Shown: piece by piece, positions 59,193-64,000 of the stretch
Layout: each line of letters opens with the position of its first letter
Position numbering within the stretch: position 1 is the stretch's first letter
Program-made: the position numbers and the translations under genes
The notes under the pieces: generated by a model
What the model was told of the DNA's origin: nothing
The model's database searches: none
Seen by the model: only the letters and a program-made list of their open reading frames with translations
Assembly: GCF_006345805.1 (NCBI RefSeq)
Contig: NC_043001.1
Span: 92,318,001-92,382,000, forward strand
Direction of reading: 5' to 3'
DNA from: Octopus sinensis
Taxonomy: Eukaryota
Length of the DNA: 64,000 nt

Positions 59193-59410
59193 TGGTTCAA
59201 TACCACCCAGTCTGAAAAATAATCTGAAAACCTTAAAAATACCCTACAATCAAGATGTATTGCAAAAATCGGCGTTACTTGTAACTGGATGCATATTGCG
59301 TGAAGTACAGTCTGTTTGAGGTTCTTGTTGCGACTTGACAAACAGCACAAACCCCCGGTAAACACATCTTCAATCAACAACATCATGATATTGTATACTG
59401 TGCGACGTCT
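59193..59410 (+). mobile_element. Extreme 3' end of an R4/Dong-like LINE
   Basis: GSIPPSLKNNL..LQKSALLVTGCILREV*, followed by a short UTR and (GAT)n/(AAT)n. Confidence 0.7.
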
Positions 59411-59464
<54 letters not shown>

Positions 59465-59487
59465 GTGGTGATGATGATGATGATGAT

Positions 59488-59561
<74 letters not shown>

Positions 59562-59575
59562 TGATAATAATAATG

Positions 59576-59658
<83 letters not shown>

Positions 59659-59662
<4 letters not shown>

Positions 59663-60180
59663 CCTTGATGCAGTACCAGGCAGTGGCTCTCATGGCTTCT
59701 GATCTTAACTGATTGGAAGTGTTATCATGTACATTGTTTTGTCTTGGTATAAAAGATTTGCTTGTCAGTTGTTTGCCCTTAACCAGTTGAGCATGTCCCT
59801 TAGTGGCTGACGATGTGTGCATCTCTGATCACGAGCAGAAGTAGTGGGGGTGCATCATAGCTATGTGTTGAGAGGGATTCCGTTGGGTTTGAATAATTCA
59901 CCTCTGGAAATATGGATGTTTCGTTCAACATCCTTAAACAACCCTTATACAGGGACCTTTTGAGCGGGATGGGTTACTCAACCAGAAGAAAATTCTAACT
60001 GGGCCCCACCTGCAAGGTCATGTGCTGCTTATCTTGATATGAGATCACCATGTCGCGCACATATGGTTGTGATGCATGTGCCTAGCGTACCCTTATCAGA
60101 CAGGTAGCCATGATGGGTATACTAGGCTTCGTATATTTTACCCTAGTGTCACTTTGATGACATGCACTGCTCTCTCACTC
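59659..60180 (+). mobile_element. Unclassified ~550-bp repeat, copy 2
   Basis: Same sequence as copy 1 with a small internal deletion; (AAT)n on both sides. Confidence 0.8.
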
Positions 60181-60203
60181 AATAATAATAATAATAATAA
60201 TAA

Positions 60204-62210
60204 TGAAGGGTATGATGTGATATTGGAAGAATTGAAACAAAGAGTAGTAGCAATCAAAGCAAAACTGGAAAGAGATGACAATAGAATAAAACAATTTAGT
60301 CAAAACAGATTGTTTGAAGCAAATCAGAAGAAACTTTTTCAGAAACTAGATGGACAAATACATGTAAGAATGACGCCTGATGCAGAGTAAGACAGGACAT
60401 TCTGGAGAGGGATATGGGATCAACCTGCAGAGCATAATGATGAAGCGGAGTGGTTGCATGAAATCCAAGTCAGGTTAAGAAATATAGAAATCCAAAAAGA
60501 CATAAAGTTAACTACAGAAATGGTAAAAGAAAAAAACAATTAAAAAAATTTCCAAATTGGAAGAAGCCAGGACCGGATGGGCACAATTCCCACCGACGAG
60601 GTTTCAGGACATGCCAGAAGTGTACTACTACCCGCCGGCAATGTCCTATTCTTCTTTTCTATGTCCCTTGTGTTACGGGAAGGTGTAGTTCTTCCGTTTT
60701 ATCTGGAGGATCTTCCCACCCTCCCGCAACCTTGGGTTCCTTCGGTGGACAACCATTGTTGCCCACCTTCTTCTTTTTTCCCTTTTTTCGAGGAGGTCTC
60801 CAGTTCCTCGACTGGCTCCATCTCTTCCTTCAAAGGAGGAGGGGGCGCTACTTTTACTAACTGCTCCAGGACCCTACTTTGTTCCTTGGGACAGTTCTTC
60901 TTAATATGGCCAAGTTCCAAGAGGGGGCGCTACTTTTACTAACTGCTCAGGATCCTACTTTGTTCCTTGGGACAGTTCTTCTTAATATGGTCCGGTTCCA
61001 GGCACAAGTGACACTTGGTGGGGGCGTCCCTTAAGTATCACTAGGTACCTGCAACCGGCCATTTTCAAACAAATCTGGAAATACTAGATCTTTAGCAACT
61101 GATTGGGTCCATAGGGTCAAAACCGCTTTTGACTCTACCCATTCAGCCGCCGGCAACAATTTCATATTTAAAAACTTGGGCCTGCTGCCACCCAGACCCT
61201 GGCGGATAGTATCCTCTATCCATTCCAGTTCAATGCCCGGTGGCAGCCCACAGACCCAAGATCTTGTTAATTTCTTCCCACAATATGTGGAAAGAAACAG
61301 AATCTCTTGCCCTTCCATGGGCTGGCTAGCAAATCTGCGAACCACCTCAGGGGTGTCAAATAGCAACCACACCGTTGCATATTTAGCACCCCTGGAAATA
61401 AACTTAATAGTTGGCAGATGCTCCGCCAACTCTTTTACTATATCTGTCTTAGGAAAGACAGCAATGGTGTCGAATGACTTAGAATAAGTCCTCAACACCA
61501 CCGTTCTTTCCTCTAAGTTTTTTTTAGTCATTGCTTGGGTGGGATGAATTCCCACTCCAACGCAGTGTTCAATTTCTTCGCCATGCTTTGAAGAAAATGT
61601 TCAGGAAACAGTTCAAAAAACAAACGACAAAAGTCCAAACAAAGTAAAAAAAAACAGTTCGAAGAAAGACAAAGAAGAACAGAAAGACAAAGAAGAGAAA
61701 AAAGAAAGAAGGAAGACAGTTCAAAACACTGTAAGCTGCTGACTTACAATAAGGCGCACCACACAAAGGCAGAGACACATCATCTTTACCTACCGAAAGC
61801 TCAAGGCGGTTGAGGCTTGGTCCAATTTGAAATCTCTTACAAAACCACCACAATTGGACTGGCAAAATTTCTTGAAACATCTAACGACGGGATGCTAAAC
61901 TCGTTATAAACCACGAAAGATACAAGAAAATTCATTCTGTTATGAAGGAGAACAAAAAATGTTCAAGTGAGTTTCTGCATAATGCCATGGTTGATCAGCA
62001 TGATGGAAGTGCAGCAACTGTAGTAGCAAAGGTGAAATCAATAGGGAAGCAAACTGTGTTTGAACAATTGATTGATATGTGGGAACAAAAACCTCTGCAT
62101 GGCAAATATGTGGCCGTAGCAAACAAACTGATGTAGATCAGAAGCACACTCATCAGTGATTACGGAGCTCAGAGAATGAAGGCGTTATCTTGGCCGCTAA
62201 AGATCATGAC
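60204..62210 (+). mobile_element. R4/Dong-like fragment interrupted by an opposite-strand insert
   Basis: EELKQRVVAIKAKL..QNRLFE..NWKKPGPDG (60204-60580) resumes with WEQKPLHGKY (~61890-62210). Confidence 0.7.
60581..61885 (-). mobile_element. LINE ORF1 (gag-like, zinc knuckle) 5' fragment, probably Tx1-like
   Basis: Minus strand KCHLCLEPDHIKKNC (CX2CX4HX4C) preceded by a 174-aa ORF; ~80-bp internal tandem duplication at 60840-61000. Confidence 0.65.
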
Positions 62211-62368
62211 TTTGTAAATGAACAATCTGGTGTGTTTATTTTAATGGCCTACCAATGTATATCGTGCGTTTCTCTGCCCTACGTGTCTGGAAGACACTTG
62301 GTAGGAAATGGACACAGAATTGAAAGATGGTAATGAAAATGATGATAATAATAATAATTGCAGTACTA

Positions 62369-62925
62369 AATGCCCTGATGCAGTACTAGGCAGTGGCTCT
62401 CATGGCTTCTGATCTTAACTGATTGGAAGTGTCATCATGTACATTGTTTTGTTTTGGTATAAAAGATGGGCTACAGCAAATATTCTGCTCAATACCACAG
62501 ATTTGCTTGTCAGTTGTTTGACCTTAACCAGTTGAGCATGTCCCTTAGTGGCTGACGATATGTGCATCTCTGATCACGAGCAGAAGTAGTGGGGGAGCAT
62601 CATAGCCGTGTGTTGAGAGGGATTCTTTGGGGTTTGAATAATTCACCTCTGGAAACATGGGTGTTTCGTTCAACATCCTTAAACAACCCTTATTCAGGGA
62701 CCGTTTGAGCGGGATGGGCTACTCAACCTGAAGAAAATTCTAACTGGGCTCCACCTGCAAGGTCATGCGCTGTTTATCTTGTTATGAGATCACCATGTCG
62801 TGCACATATGGTTGTGATGCATGTGCCTGGTGTACCCTTATCAGACGGGTAGTCATGATGGGTATACTGGGCTTCGTATATTTTACCCCAGTGTCACTTT
62901 GATGGCATGAACTGCTCTCTCACTC
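62369..62925 (+). mobile_element. Unclassified ~550-bp repeat, copy 3 (most complete)
   Basis: Same termini; followed by (AAT)n. Confidence 0.85.
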
Positions 62926-62993
<68 letters not shown>

Positions 62994-63044
62994 CAGTCAA
63001 TGATAATAATAATAACATTACCATTCAGCGCACGCCACAAACCC

Positions 63045-63425
63045 AGATAGAATATAAGAGGCGTCATGACAACATAGCAAGGATTGTGCATTTGACACTT
63101 TGCAACAAATATGGACTTGACAGAACAATAATGTGGTATGAAGAGGGAAATACGAAGTTTGTGGTCAATGAGGAGAGTAGACGAGATACCAATAGTAATT
63201 GGCGCACTTGGAAGTATCAGCACTCAACTACCAGCATGGCTGAGAAAGATTGGTGGACGTATGAAGGTAGAACACCTACAAAAATCAGCATTGCTTGGAA
63301 CTGCAAGAATTCTTCACAGGGTTCTTGAAGGATGACTAATAAACAAGTGTCACCTTAGTCTGCTGACTGCAGACAGCTGACGCTTTCCATCATAACCAGC
63401 AAAATAAACTGTGAGTTTTCATATA
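63045..63425 (+). mobile_element. R4/Dong-like 3' fragment
   Basis: YKRRHDNIARIVH, IPIVIGALG and LQKSALLGTARILHRVL*. Confidence 0.8.
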
Positions 63426-63530
63426 ATAATGATCAGAGATGCACATATCGTCGGACACTAAGGGACACGCTTAACTGGTTAAGGTCAAACAAAAACTGAC
63501 AAGTAAATCTGTGGTATGCACATATCCTCA

Positions 63531-63571
<41 letters not shown>

Positions 63572-63692
63572 CACCACCATCACCACCACCACCACCACCA
63601 CCAACACCACCACCACCACCACCATCACCACCACCACCACCACCACCACCACCAACACCACCACCACCACCACCACTACTACTACTACTTTT

Positions 63693-64000
63693 GAGTGAGA
63701 GAACAGTGCATGCCATAAAAGTGACACTGGAATATAAATATATGAAGCCCAATATACCCACCATGATAAGGGCATACCAGGCAATTGTATCACAATCATA
63801 TGTACGCGGCATGGTAATCTCATATCAAGATAAACAGTACAAGACTTTAATAAAGTTTGTTTGAGAATGATAATCAAAACATCCATGTCTGCAGAGGTAA
63901 ATTATTCAAATCCAAAAGAATTATTGTCAACATGTGGCTATGATACCCCTTCACTACTGCTCACGATCAGAGATGTACAAATGCTCAACTGGTTATGGTC
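63693..64000 (-). mobile_element. Older inverted copy of the ~550-bp repeat (another fragment at 63431-63530)
   Basis: GAGTGAGAGAACAGTGCATGCCATAAAAGTGACACTGG is the reverse complement of the repeat's right end. Confidence 0.75.

Noticed and set aside
62549-62610. CTGACGA in the 550-bp repeat as a hammerhead core
   Set aside because: The following helix is closed by GCC rather than GAAA; no stem III.
63485-63886. Poly-Pro/Thr/Val/Gly ORFs (also poly-Ile/Met at 59409-59822 and 52372-52800)
   Set aside because: Trinucleotide repeats.

Overview
AT-rich eukaryotic DNA dense in microsatellites. The SINE families and repeat landscape point to an octopus (coleoid cephalopod) genome; this is inferred, not database-checked. 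Most six-frame ORFs are microsatellite read-through or decayed transposons. One host gene is visible on the + strand: a membrane protein with three phase-1 Ig V-like exons (8951-9253, 15566-15886, 22912-23217), a transmembrane exon (27199-27351) and probably further exons (31560-31655, possibly 51657-51694). All three Ig domains share an extra Cys pair with identical C-x17-C spacing. Its introns and flanks hold several type I hammerhead ribozyme motifs in Penelope-like relics (including U3-A8 and U4C core variants), many fold-back inverted repeats, a decayed tRNA cluster, a 5S rRNA-headed SINE-like chimera, R4/Dong-like and Tx1-like LINEs that each sit in a different microsatellite motif, Tc1/mariner transposons, tRNA-derived SINEs and an unclassified ~550-bp repeat embedded in (TAA)n. 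Two tandem duplications may be assembly artefacts. Repeat boundaries are approximate and read by eye.
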